A stretch of 64,000 nucleotides of DNA from Paracoccaceae bacterium (GCA_017510335.1 JAFWNM010000033.1:86868-150867), one strand, 5' to 3'; numbered from the stretch's first letter, positions 1 through 9,327 are shown. The notes: a model not told the origin generated them from the sequence alone. Numbers and translations: made by a program.

Positions 1-420
1 AGCCTCGATCATGCCCAGAACCGTGCCCAGAAGGCCAATCAGCGGGGCGATCGTGGCAATCAGTTCCAGTGCGCGCAGCCCGCGCCGCGCCTGCATCAAC
101 GCCAGTTTGCCCACGCGCTGGGTTTCTTCGCGCGCGACCGCGTCGGACAGGTCGGCATCAAGGCGGGTTTCCATGGCACGGCGCGCAACCCGCGCGCGCA
201 GCCCGTTGCGGCGGGCCAGCCGCGCAACGGCGTCCTGCCTGCGGTTTTGCTGCCAGTCGCGCACCGCGGCATCGCATGGTGCGCGCGACCACGCCCCCAA
301 GCGCGCCAGATCCCAGAATTTCCACAGGATTAACGCCAGCGTCAGCACAGAAAGCGCCGCAATCACCCAAAGCGCGGGGCCGCCACGCATCAGAAACTCG
401 GAAATGCCCTGCGCCATCAC
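1..420 (-). CDS. exbB: MotA/TolQ/ExbB proton-channel protein (3' end runs off the window)
   Basis: Not in the ORF track. Manual translation from GTG420/ATG417 gives MAQGISEFLMRGGPALWVIAALS...LRALELIATIAPLIGLLGTVLGMIEA, containing the ExbB/TolQ 'APLxGLLGTVxGMI' motif. It lies directly downstream of btuD. Confidence 0.88.
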   Translation of the reverse strand, partial: MMAQGISEFLMRGGPALWVIAALSVLTLALILWKFWDLARLGAWSRAPCDAAVRDWQQNRRQDAVARLARRNGLRARVARRAMETRLDADLSDAVAREETQRVGKLALMQARRGLRALELIATIAPLIGLLGTVLGMIEA

Positions 421-445
421 GCCTGCCCCTTTTGCCACAATCCGT

Positions 446-1204
446 TCATTCCATCACATCCAGCGGCTGTATGATGGGACCATGGATACCATGGTCCACA
501 TAGGCGCGAATATGAAAAACCCGTGCCAGAACGTCTGGCGTCAAAACCTGCGCGGGGGGACCGTCTGCGACAACCTCGCCCTGGGACAACACCACCAGAC
601 GGGTGCAGAACCGCGCAGCCAGACCCAGATCATGCATCGACGCGATAACCGTGCGCCCTGCGCGGGCCTCGGCGGTCAGGGTTTGCATCAGCGCAATCTG
701 GTATGCAGGGTCCAGTCCGGCAGCAGGTTCATCGACCATCAATACCGGCGTCGCCTGCGCCAGGGCGCGCGCAATCAGAACCCGCGCCTGTTCGCCGCCC
801 GAAAGCTGCGTGGCAATGCGCCCGCGCAACCCCTGCAGGCGCATGCGTGCAATGGCGCTGTCGATCGCAGCCTGATCCAGCGGTCCCGGTTTCTGCCCCA
901 CCCCCAGATGCGGCAACCGGCCCAGCGCGACCAGCGTTTCCACCTTGACGGGCCAGGCAATTTCGCGCGCCTGCGGCAACCAGGCGACATGCTGCGCGCG
1001 CGCCGCAAGCGGCAGTGCCGCAATTGACGATTGCCCCTTGCTGGCCATAAGCCCCAAGGCACCGCGCAACAATGTTGTCTTGCCCGCGCCATTGGGGCCA
1101 AGCAGTCCGACACATTCCCCCGCCCCAACCTGCAGATTGATGTTGCGCAGCACATCGCAAGGGCCCCGGAAAACGCTGAAATTCTGCAAATGCAGCGCGG
1201 TCAT
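446..1204 (-). CDS. btuD: Cobalamin/iron-chelate ABC transporter ATP-binding protein
   Basis: Walker A GPNGAGKT, signature LSGGE, Walker B LMVDEP, H-loop SMHD. 4-nt overlap with the permease gene; the operon is under a B12 riboswitch. Confidence 0.9.
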   Translation of the reverse strand: MTALHLQNFSVFRGPCDVLRNINLQVGAGECVGLLGPNGAGKTTLLRGALGLMASKGQSSIAALPLAARAQHVAWLPQAREIAWPVKVETLVALGRLPHLGVGQKPGPLDQAAIDSAIARMRLQGLRGRIATQLSGGEQARVLIARALAQATPVLMVDEPAAGLDPAYQIALMQTLTAEARAGRTVIASMHDLGLAARFCTRLVVLSQGEVVADGPPAQVLTPDVLARVFHIRAYVDHGIHGPIIQPLDVME

Positions 1205-2187
1205 AAGCCTTGTGCCCTTGTCTTGTAGATAAGGTGCAGGAACAACGGTGCCCCCACAAGCGCGGTCAGCACACCCAACTTCAGGTCGCGTGTGGGCAAG
1301 ATGACCCGCACCGCAATATCGGCCATCAACACCAGAACCGCCCCCCCCAACGCCGAGGCAGGCAACAGCGCCGACGGGCGCGCCCCCACCAAGGGGCGCA
1401 ATATATGCGGCACCACCAACCCCACAAACCCGATGGCCCCCGCCACCGCTGTGGCCGCGCCCACCATGGACGCGACACCCAGAACCAGCATGACCCGCAC
1501 CCGCACCAGACTGACCCCCATGCTGGCGGCCGCATCCTCGCCCAGGGTCAGCGCGTCAAAACTGCGGCCAAGCGCCAGAAGAACAAGCGCCCCCGCCACA
1601 ATGAAGGGTGCAGCTAGGATCACATGGGTCATGGACCTGTCAGCAAGCGATCCCATCATCCAGAATACAATCTCGGATGCGGCAAAAGGGTTGGGCGACA
1701 GGTTCAACACCAGCGACGTCAACGCCCCTGCAAGCGCTGACACGGCAATTCCCGCCAGAATCAGCGTGATTGATCCCCCCCTTGGTCCGGCCAGCGCCAA
1801 AATCAGCAACACCGCCAGCACTGCCCCAGCAAGGGCAGCAAAGGGCAGCGCCAGAATATGCACCGCCGCCAGTCCGGTTTGCAACGCCAGCACAGCCCCC
1901 AGCGCCGCAGACCCCGACACGCCAATCAGGCCGGGTTCGGCCAGCGGGTTGCGCAAATAGCCCTGCATGGCTGCCCCCGCCAAACCCAGCGCCGCCCCCA
2001 CCAACACCGCCAGCATGGCGCGCGGCAGGCGAATTTCACGCATCACCAGGGTTTCGGCCAGCGCATCCCCACGCACCAGCGCTGTCAACGCCTGCAACGG
2101 GGGCAAACCCGCCGGCCCAACCAACAGGGACACAGCAAACAGCGCCATGACCATACCCACCAGACCTGCGCCCAGTCCCCGCGCCAT
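1201..2187 (-). CDS. btuC: FecCD/BtuC-family ABC permease
   Basis: Motifs IRLPR, RNPLAEPGLIGVS and GAIGFVGLVVPH; highly hydrophobic. Start placed at ATG2187 (MARGLGAG) behind a G-rich RBS. Confidence 0.9.
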   Translation of the reverse strand: MARGLGAGLVGMVMALFAVSLLVGPAGLPPLQALTALVRGDALAETLVMREIRLPRAMLAVLVGAALGLAGAAMQGYLRNPLAEPGLIGVSGSAALGAVLALQTGLAAVHILALPFAALAGAVLAVLLILALAGPRGGSITLILAGIAVSALAGALTSLVLNLSPNPFAASEIVFWMMGSLADRSMTHVILAAPFIVAGALVLLALGRSFDALTLGEDAAASMGVSLVRVRVMLVLGVASMVGAATAVAGAIGFVGLVVPHILRPLVGARPSALLPASALGGAVLVLMADIAVRVILPTRDLKLGVLTALVGAPLFLHLIYKTRAQGL

Positions 2188-2191
2188 AGCC

Positions 2192-3013
2192 CTACCCCCC
2201 CTCATGCAGTTGCGAAAGCTGCGCAATTGCCCGCAACACCGCAGGGGTGCCACAGACCCAATCCGCATCCGACAGCGCCTGCGCGGCATGCTGGTCGCGC
2301 AGCGCTGTCATGGCAGGGTGGGTCAGCACTTCTTCGGCGCGCGAGGCACCGGGATAGGGCTGGCCGGAAATGACCAGATCCGGCATCAGCATCACCAGAC
2401 GTTCCAATGCCAGATGCCCGCCACCAGAAATGCCTTCTTCCGCCGCGATATTGGCAAAACCCGCCGCATTCAGAATATCATGCGCAAGCGAATTCGCGCC
2501 GGTGGTGTAATTGTTGGCATAATGCAGCGCTGCGCGCGGTCGGGTGTCCCGCTGGGTGCGCAACTGCGCCAGACCGGCGCGAAACTCCGAAACCAGCGCG
2601 TTGGCGTTGTCCTGCTGGCCCAACAATAGGCCAACCTGCAAAATGGCATCCGGAATGGCATCAAGGGTGTTGACCACAGGCAAGGTCACCACGTTCACAC
2701 CAAGCTGGCGCAGCAGCGCAACCGTATATGGCGACGTGAACTGCCCTGCCAGCACCAGATCGGGGTTCAGGCGAAACACCTCCTCTGCCTGACCATGGTT
2801 AATGGGATAGGACAGCGCCTGTTCCAGCATCACCGACATGTTGGGATCATGCGATATGCGCGAAATCGACACAAGCTGGCCGGGGCCTGCCAGCATCATC
2901 GCCAGTTGGTCCGTGCACAGATTGATGGAGACCACCCGTTCAGGTGGTCCCGCAGCCGCAGCCCCTGCCCAAAGGGCAAGGGCTGCACCAATGACCCTAG
3001 AAGCGCGACGCAA
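2192..3013 (-). CDS. btuF: Periplasmic cobalamin-binding protein
   Basis: Signal-peptide-like N-terminus, then PERVVSINLCTDQL, EEVFRLNPDLV and LERLVMLMPDLVI. Start is uncertain (TTG3013 chosen; the frame is open to 3088). Confidence 0.85.
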   Translation of the reverse strand: MRRASRVIGAALALWAGAAAAGPPERVVSINLCTDQLAMMLAGPGQLVSISRISHDPNMSVMLEQALSYPINHGQAEEVFRLNPDLVLAGQFTSPYTVALLRQLGVNVVTLPVVNTLDAIPDAILQVGLLLGQQDNANALVSEFRAGLAQLRTQRDTRPRAALHYANNYTTGANSLAHDILNAAGFANIAAEEGISGGGHLALERLVMLMPDLVISGQPYPGASRAEEVLTHPAMTALRDQHAAQALSDADWVCGTPAVLRAIAQLSQLHEGG

Positions 3014-4874
3014 AGCCAAGGTAAAACGCCCTGTCAGATGTGCCGTAGCCTGCAACATGTTGGTATTGCGTGTTGAACAGGTTATCAATTTTACCTATCA
3101 GATCAACGCGATCCGTCATCTGATAGCGCAGGGACAGGTTTGCAACCGTGTAATCCGGCAGTGGTCCCGTTGTATAGTTGGGCAGGAAATCCAGCCTGTC
3201 GGCCACATGACGCACAGACACCCGCCCTTGCAGACGGTCCGACAACATCGCATCCAGCCCCAGTTGCAGATCATGCCGCGGCACCCGTGACCGGCGCCGC
3301 TGGTTTGCCAGAAACGCATCAGTGTAGGTATAATTTGCCGATAGGGTCAGTGTGTCCGAAACAGGCTGCTCGAATGAAAATTCAACACCGCGACTGCGCG
3401 CCTTGCCGGGGGCATTCACAACACTGTTGAACGACCCTGCAGCGCAGGCCATTGCGACAGGGTCATACACGCAATACACATCATCTATCAGGTTCTTGGT
3501 ATCAATCTGGAACAGCGTAAGCGACAACGCACCGCCATTCGCGAAGGACAGGTCCGCGCCAATCTCGTAATTCTGGCTACGCTCCACATCCAGTCCGGGG
3601 TTGCCCATGAACGGGAATGCCCCGCCTGTCATCCCGAAGCGCTGTTCCACAGACGGGGCGCGAAACCCCGACCCCAGCGACGCGCGCAAGGTCAATGCAT
3701 CACCAAGGCGGTAGGATGTTGCAACGCGCAAGGTTGGAATGCTGCCATAGTTCGAGTTTCTGTCCATCCTGCCAGAAAGCACGATGTCCAGATCACTGGT
3801 CGCCGCCCATTCCGACTGCGCGAATATGCCATAGCTGGTTGCCTTCGCACCCGCTGGAACAGTGCGCCCAAGGGCTGTTTCGCGCTGGACATCCACACCA
3901 TAGAGTAGGCGCAGCGTATCGGTCATGTCGGTTTGCCCATTCCACGCCAGCCTGTCGCGCCGTCCTGTAAACGAACCGGGCAAACTGTCGCGCAGCTCCC
4001 TCTCGACGGAATAATGCGTATATTCCAGCGTCTGGCGCGATCTGTCAGTGGCGTATTCGACAAACACCCGTCCGCCATATTCCTTGCGGTCCTGTTCATG
4101 GGGGGCATCGGCCAACCAGTCATCAAATTCCACAAATGAATCTTGCAAAAAGAATGACGCGCCTGCAGACCAGTTATTGTCAACCTGATAGCGTGCGGAA
4201 AAACTCAGGCGTGTTTGCTTGTGGCCGTCCGGTTCCGGTTGCCCATCGGCTGCGGAAAAACCGTCTGCGCGGCTGTGGGACAGGCTTAGCGCATAGTCCA
4301 GCGCGCCATGCCGCTGGCGCAACGAATACTGCCCGACCACCGTGCCAAAACTGCCCGCCAGCAGGGTTGCGGTTTGCTGGGTTCCATCGGTTTCCGGGCG
4401 AAGCGTGGTAATATTAACAACACCAGCCGCCGCCGAACCGCCATATAGCGCCGATTGCGCCCCGCGAAGCACTTCTATGCGCGACACATCGCCCAGTTGA
4501 AGCGCGCCAAAATCGACTGCGCCGGTGGATGACCCGGGGTCGTTGATCAACACACCATCCACATAGACAGAAACGAAGCGCGGCTCTATTCCCCGAATAC
4601 GGACATCGGTTGTCGTGCCGACCGGGCCAGTCTGCGTAATACTTACGCCAGCCAGCCCTGCCAGCAATTCCGACACAGATGTGGCGCCGGTGCGGTCAAT
4701 CTGTTGGCGGGTCAGGACACTGACGCTTGACCCGCTGCGCCCCAATTCCGTGGGCGTCAGGTTCGCAGAAAAGGTGATTTCTTCCAGATTTATGATTTGC
4801 TGGGCCGGGGCTGGCAGTCCGATGCTGCCAATCAGCGCAGTTGTGGCGAAAAGTCGCCAGAGAGTGTTTTGCAT
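2997..4874 (-). CDS. btuB: TonB-dependent cobalamin receptor
   Basis: Signal peptide, plug motifs (VYVDGVLIND, IEVLRGAQSALYG...GVVNI), C-terminal NLFNTQY...F. First gene after the cobalamin riboswitch. Confidence 0.9.
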   Translation of the reverse strand: MQNTLWRLFATTALIGSIGLPAPAQQIINLEEITFSANLTPTELGRSGSSVSVLTRQQIDRTGATSVSELLAGLAGVSITQTGPVGTTTDVRIRGIEPRFVSVYVDGVLINDPGSSTGAVDFGALQLGDVSRIEVLRGAQSALYGGSAAAGVVNITTLRPETDGTQQTATLLAGSFGTVVGQYSLRQRHGALDYALSLSHSRADGFSAADGQPEPDGHKQTRLSFSARYQVDNNWSAGASFFLQDSFVEFDDWLADAPHEQDRKEYGGRVFVEYATDRSRQTLEYTHYSVERELRDSLPGSFTGRRDRLAWNGQTDMTDTLRLLYGVDVQRETALGRTVPAGAKATSYGIFAQSEWAATSDLDIVLSGRMDRNSNYGSIPTLRVATSYRLGDALTLRASLGSGFRAPSVEQRFGMTGGAFPFMGNPGLDVERSQNYEIGADLSFANGGALSLTLFQIDTKNLIDDVYCVYDPVAMACAAGSFNSVVNAPGKARSRGVEFSFEQPVSDTLTLSANYTYTDAFLANQRRRSRVPRHDLQLGLDAMLSDRLQGRVSVRHVADRLDFLPNYTTGPLPDYTVANLSLRYQMTDRVDLIGKIDNLFNTQYQHVAGYGTSDRAFYLGFASRF

Positions 4875-5014
4875 TTTCAACACCTATTGGTCCCGTGCGG
4901 ACCGATCCTGTCATGACATGTCTGGCAGGCGCAGGTGCACCGCAGACGGCGAAAGTGTCACCGCTACGGTCAAACCGTTACCCGCAGCGCCACCCGCGCC
5001 GGGACAGGGTGATC

Positions 5015-5198
5015 ACTTCGGCAGGTCTCCTGACTTGCGGGTCGCTGTTCTGCCGGGCCTTCCCATGGTGTGAACCACAGTGGCATGTGCCGACATCACT
5101 CGCCGCTTACAGTTGCGGGGGCAGTCCCGGAATTGCGTCCCAGACGGGGCGCGCACCGTGTTCCCTTTTATCAGGCCCAAAAGGGCCTGAACCGAAGT
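5015..5198 (-). promoter_or_regulatory. Cobalamin (AdoCbl) riboswitch
   Basis: The minus strand carries the conserved blocks AAAAGGGAAcaCGGTG, AATTCCGGgaCTGCCCCCGCAACTGTAA, GCCACTG, GGGAAGGC and AAGTCAGGAGACCTGCC. P1 (ACTTCGGT/GCCGAAGT) closes the domain. It lies upstream of btuB. Confidence 0.96.
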
Positions 5199-5250
5199 AG
5201 GCATTCATTAACTTGCGCAAGGGGATTCGACAATGCCGATTTACGACCTG

Positions 5251-5994
5251 TTACCCATTGGCAGCGGCGCGCACCGGATTATCATCGCGCCGGAAGGTCA
5301 GGTAATGGGGATTGCGCCCTTCGCGCAGGGCCTTTTGTTCATAGCGCGTGGACAACCAGTCATCCCAGGGCTGCACCCAATCCACCGGGGCCGGTGTCAG
5401 GCAGTCGAAGCCGGCGGGCGGCACTTCTGCAAGTGTCTGGCGCACATAATCCGGTATGTCGGTTGCAACCCGGAACAGCGCGCCGGGCTTCAGCACCCGC
5501 GCCAACGGGTCCAGATACCCCGGCGTGACAAAGCGTCGCCTGTGGTGGCGCAGTTTTGGCCATGGGTCGGGATATAGCAAGAATGCACGTTCAAGGCACT
5601 GGTCAGGCAATACATCGAACAGATCGCGCACATCCCACGGGTAAACGCGCAGGTTTTCAACACCCGCGCTGCGGATCTTGCCCAGCAGCATGGCGACACC
5701 ATTGATATACGGCTCGCATCCTATGATGCCCACATCGGGGTTACGCGCGCATTGATGCACCAGATGTTCCCCGCCGCCAAAACCCACTTCCAGCCAAAGC
5801 GGGCGCGTATCCCCGAAAAACGCCTGCGGGTTCACAGTGTGCCGGTCGGGGTTGTCCTGCGGGCTGACGCCGGACAGGCGCAAATCTGCAAGATCTTCTT
5901 GCATGTAGCGCTGTTGCGCAGGCTTCAGGGTCTTGCCCTTGATCCGACCATAGAAATTGCGCGTCTTGGGGGAATTGGGCGGTAACATTGGCAT
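5251..5994 (-). CDS. trmB: tRNA (guanine-N7)-methyltransferase
   Basis: Motifs LEVGFGGGEHL, GCEPYINGVA, LYPDPWPKLRHHRRRF, FRVATD and STRYEQKA. Start placed at ATG5994/5988. Confidence 0.95.
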   Translation of the reverse strand: MPMLPPNSPKTRNFYGRIKGKTLKPAQQRYMQEDLADLRLSGVSPQDNPDRHTVNPQAFFGDTRPLWLEVGFGGGEHLVHQCARNPDVGIIGCEPYINGVAMLLGKIRSAGVENLRVYPWDVRDLFDVLPDQCLERAFLLYPDPWPKLRHHRRRFVTPGYLDPLARVLKPGALFRVATDIPDYVRQTLAEVPPAGFDCLTPAPVDWVQPWDDWLSTRYEQKALREGRNPHYLTFRRDDNPVRAAANG

Positions 5995-6171
5995 AATCCA
6001 TGGCTTTTGCACGGTCGGTATGCAGGCGCAGGCCGCCTGGGTCAAGCCGCTTGGGCCTGTGGATTTACAATCAGGGCACAAACCCCCATGTTTGACACTG
6101 CTAGCCCAGAGCAACCGCGCGAGATTGCGCGCCTCTGACAAACCCGCCCCCCCCGAACGGAAGGATATCCC

Positions 6172-6600
6172 ATGACGCAAGCCAAAGCGGGCGCAACTGT
6201 GCGTATTCACTACACCGGAACCCTGTCAGACGGATCGGTTTTCGACAGTTCCGAAGGCCGTGATCCGCTGGAATTCCAGCTTGGTGCCGGTGCAATCATT
6301 CCGGGCCTTGAACGCGCGATTGACGGAATGACCGTGGGCGACCAGAAAACCGTCACCATTCCCTGTGCCGAGGCATATGGTGATTACCAGCCCGAAGCAC
6401 GTCAGGACGTGCCAAGGGACCAGATTCCCGCTGATATTCCGCTGGACCCCGGCACCATGTTGCAAATGCAAACACCTGATGGCCGCGCGATGCCCGTGAC
6501 CGTTGCCGAAGTAACAGATCAGGCGGTGACGCTGGATGCAAACCACCCGCTGGCCGGCAAGGACCTGACCTTCGCGGTAGAGGTTGTTTCCGTCGCGTGA
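6172..6600 (+). CDS. slyD: FKBP-type peptidyl-prolyl isomerase (SlyD/FkpB-like, no His tail)
   Basis: Motifs HYTGTLSDGSVFDSS, IIPGLE and DANHPLAGKDLTF. Confidence 0.9.
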   Translation: MTQAKAGATVRIHYTGTLSDGSVFDSSEGRDPLEFQLGAGAIIPGLERAIDGMTVGDQKTVTIPCAEAYGDYQPEARQDVPRDQIPADIPLDPGTMLQMQTPDGRAMPVTVAEVTDQAVTLDANHPLAGKDLTFAVEVVSVA

Positions 6601-6662
6601 CATTACCGGACTGCAAGCGGGCATGATATGTTATTGCCCGCTTGCCTCTTGGGCAGGCAGTG

Positions 6663-7685
6663 TCACTCTGCGGCGATGCCCATCGCGTCAGGATAAACTG
6701 GCACAAGCGCAATATCCTGCGCCGTCAAACCCTGCGCATTGCCGACATTCGCAATCAGGTGACCATCCAGCCAGATTTGCGCAGTGTCAGGGTTGCCCGC
6801 GTCAAACTGCACTGAAAGGTCCGGTGTGGCCAATCGCGCCGGGTCGAAATGCAAAATAATCTGGTCTTCGCGCGGGTCAAAATCAACAATCGTGACCGCA
6901 GCATTGCCTTGCAACCAATCGCCCAACGCGAAACTGTCCGCGCCATCCCCGCCATTCAGGTAATCGCCCTGACCGGCGATCAGCACATCATCACCACTAC
7001 CCCCATTCAGGAAGTTGCGCCCGCTGACGTCCTGTCCATTCTGGTCCAGCGTCGCACCCACCAGCGTGTCATTTCCTGCATCACCCTGCAGCGTGTTGTT
7101 GCCCTGACCGGCAATCAGCAGATCATCCCCCGCACCGCCAATCAGCGTGTCATCCCCTGCCCCGCCGATCAGGGTATCGTTACCCTCGCCAGCATTCATA
7201 TGCGTGGCACCCTGACCCGCCTGTAACCAGTCATCACCCGCCAGACCGGCAAGCGTATCATTTCCCGACCCGCCAACCAGCGTATCCCCCAGATTGCCCC
7301 CTTGCAGCAATGACGGGCTGTCCCCGCCAGCCAGATGCACGGGGTCTTCGGGGGCGGGGTCCGGGAACGCGTCCGAACTGTGAATGCGTTCATCCAGATT
7401 GTCGAACAATCCCGCAACATCCGGTGCAGGAAAAAAATACGGTTCGTCATCACTATCTGCCATGCCGGGCGCAGCGAAATCCTGCCCGAAACCGTCCAGC
7501 GTGCCACCCTCATCAGGCGCATCCGCGTACAGCACGAGGTTTTGCGTCTGCGCCGCCTCTGGGGCGTCGGTGCCATCATCAGGGGAATCATCTTGCTGGT
7601 CGTCGGACGTGTTGGCGGATGCAAGCATGCTGTCAGCGGCAACACCCGCAAGCAAAGCGCCGAATAATCCAATAAACATCAACAT
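6663..7685 (-). CDS. RTX/hemolysin-type Ca2+-binding repeat protein with hydrophobic N-terminus
   Basis: About 10 GGxGxD-type nonapeptides (GGSGNDTL, GGAGDDTL, GGAGDDLL, GGSGDDVL, GGDGADSF), an acidic low-complexity linker, and N-terminal MLMFIGLFGALLAGVAA. Confidence 0.85.
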   Translation of the reverse strand: MLMFIGLFGALLAGVAADSMLASANTSDDQQDDSPDDGTDAPEAAQTQNLVLYADAPDEGGTLDGFGQDFAAPGMADSDDEPYFFPAPDVAGLFDNLDERIHSSDAFPDPAPEDPVHLAGGDSPSLLQGGNLGDTLVGGSGNDTLAGLAGDDWLQAGQGATHMNAGEGNDTLIGGAGDDTLIGGAGDDLLIAGQGNNTLQGDAGNDTLVGATLDQNGQDVSGRNFLNGGSGDDVLIAGQGDYLNGGDGADSFALGDWLQGNAAVTIVDFDPREDQIILHFDPARLATPDLSVQFDAGNPDTAQIWLDGHLIANVGNAQGLTAQDIALVPVYPDAMGIAAE

Positions 7686-7894
7686 GTCACACCACCCCGC
7701 ATAGCACCGGAAAATCAAAATTCACGTCACCCAATGGCAAGATTGTCTCATAATTCATGGGATTCTCACAGTGGCATCAACTGCGCCTGTGGCTGAATCT
7801 GCGAAATTAGTTAACGCCACCCCCGCAAAAACAGGCTTTTCCCGGCGTTAGAAATGGTCTATGCGCCGCATCTGTGCTTTTGGCACAACTATCA

Positions 7895-7952
7895 GCCTTG
7901 CTGGACGACATCCCGGCCTGCGCCCAAACCCCAGTTACAGGAGAACCCGATG
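7895..7952 (+). promoter_or_regulatory. Putative S15 autoregulatory leader of rpsO
   Basis: Stem-loop GCTGG-ACGACATC-CCGGC directly before the AGGAG RBS and ATG of rpsO. It resembles alphaproteobacterial rpsO leaders as I recall them; not checked against a covariance model. Confidence 0.45.
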
Positions 7953-8219
7953 TCGATTACCGTAGAAGACAAAACCCGCCTGATTCAGGAATTCGCACGC
8001 GGCGAAGGCGACACCGGCTCGCCCGAAGTTCAGGTTGCTGTGCTGACCAAGCGCATCACCAACCTGACAGAGCATTTCAAGACCCACAAGAAAGACAATC
8101 ATTCGCGTCGTGGGTTGTTGACGCTGGTTGCAACCCGCCGCAAGCTGCTGGACTATCTGCGCGCCAAGGACGAAGCACGCTACCGCGTTCTGATCGCGAA
8201 GCTGGGTATTCGCCGCTAA
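7950..8219 (+). CDS. rpsO: 30S ribosomal protein S15
   Basis: MSITVEDK...[14 protein letters not shown]...[16 protein letters not shown]...RRKLLDYL...LGIRR; 89 aa; AGGAG RBS. Confidence 0.99.
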   Translation: MSITVEDKTRLIQEFARGEGDTGSPEVQVAVLTKRITNLTEHFKTHKKDNHSRRGLLTLVATRRKLLDYLRAKDEARYRVLIAKLGIRR

Positions 8220-8261
8220 AGCGTTTCGGCTTTTTTAAGCAGCCAGATATAGCCGGTTTCG

Positions 8262-8292
8262 AACGCCCATCTTGGAAAAGATGGGCGTTTTC
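8262..8292 (+). terminator. Rho-independent terminator after rpsO
   Basis: Perfect 12-bp stem AACGCCCATCTT-GGAA-AAGATGGGCGTT followed by T residues. Confidence 0.85.
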
Positions 8293-8439
8293 CTGTTACG
8301 CCAGATGTATGGGCATCGGTCAAATGTGACAGGACATAGCCTTCAAATCGCCTTATTTCTGTCGCCAAACAGCGCCATAGACTGATACATATGACGATAA
8401 GGAAACAATTACGTTCCAATAGTGCGTTCGGTGGCAGGT

Positions 8440-9327
8440 ATGATTATGGTAAATACGCGAAAGCTGGAACAGCTTTTGAAGCGTTCGGATCGCACCAAAA
8501 CGACTGGCAAAGGCCAGCCGGAAACCACACCACTGCGTCGCGGGCTGGCACTTTCGGGCGGTCCTGCCCTGCGCAATGACCACCCCGCCAACACCCCTGA
8601 ACCCCTTGTCGTTCCCCTGAATGACGTCGCATGGGACCAGCTTGACGGCCTTACGCCTGATCCCGACATCGCCAAAGAACACCGCGCATTTAACCAGCAT
8701 GCGCGCACCCCCGCTGTGACAGCCCAGTTTGATGTGCTGCGCACCCAACTTGTGCAGACCTTTCGCAAACGGGGATTGCGTTGTCTGGGTATCACGTCGC
8801 CGCATTCCAATGCGGGCACCAGTTTTGTGGCGGCGGGGCTTCTGGCCAGTTTCGCGCGGCGCACCGATCTGCATGTCGTCGGGCTGGACCTGAATTTCGC
8901 CAATCCCGCGCTACATCGATACTTCGAAGCAGTGCCGGACGGTCCCATCCTTTCCGCGATAGAAGGCAGTATTCCCGTCGAATCGCATCTGCGGCGCGCC
9001 GGTCCCACACTGGCGCTGGGCCTGAACCAACCCGCGCCCGCGCCCGAACAAGGCAGCGCTGCCTTTCCCGCCGAAGATTTCGCAGACATGGTACAGGATA
9101 TTCTTGGCTTTCTCGGGCCGGATTTCGTGATTTGCGACATGCCCCCCCTGCTGGAAGGCGATTGCGCCCTGAACCTGCTGCCGGGAATAGATGCGGTTCT
9201 GGTTGTGTCCAACAGCCACACAACCAGTGCAGAAGACATTGCCGCATGTGAACGTGTTTTGCATGAACAGGCCGCGTTTCTTGGCGTTGTCATGAATCGC
9301 GCAGCCCCTGCACCAAAGGGGCGTTAA
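8440..9327 (+). CDS. CpsD/CapB-family (stand-alone Wzc C-terminal) tyrosine-kinase-like protein with degenerate P-loop
   Basis: FDVLRTQL...CLGITSPHSNAGTS (Walker A position), GLDLNFANP (A' position), FVICDMPPLL (Walker B), DAVLVV, FLGVVMN. Confidence 0.8.
   Translation: MIMVNTRKLEQLLKRSDRTKTTGKGQPETTPLRRGLALSGGPALRNDHPANTPEPLVVPLNDVAWDQLDGLTPDPDIAKEHRAFNQHARTPAVTAQFDVLRTQLVQTFRKRGLRCLGITSPHSNAGTSFVAAGLLASFARRTDLHVVGLDLNFANPALHRYFEAVPDGPILSAIEGSIPVESHLRRAGPTLALGLNQPAPAPEQGSAAFPAEDFADMVQDILGFLGPDFVICDMPPLLEGDCALNLLPGIDAVLVVSNSHTTSAEDIAACERVLHEQAAFLGVVMNRAAPAPKGR

Noticed and set aside
11-1027. 338-aa plus-strand ORF and many similar shadow ORFs over the btu operon
   Set aside because: They are antisense to clearly recognisable genes, have Arg/Ala/Pro-rich composition and no motifs. 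This is expected in high-GC DNA.
7080-7270. 27-bp imperfect tandem repeats as a possible CRISPR or VNTR
   Set aside because: They are the coding RTX nonapeptide repeats; there are no unique spacers and no cas genes.
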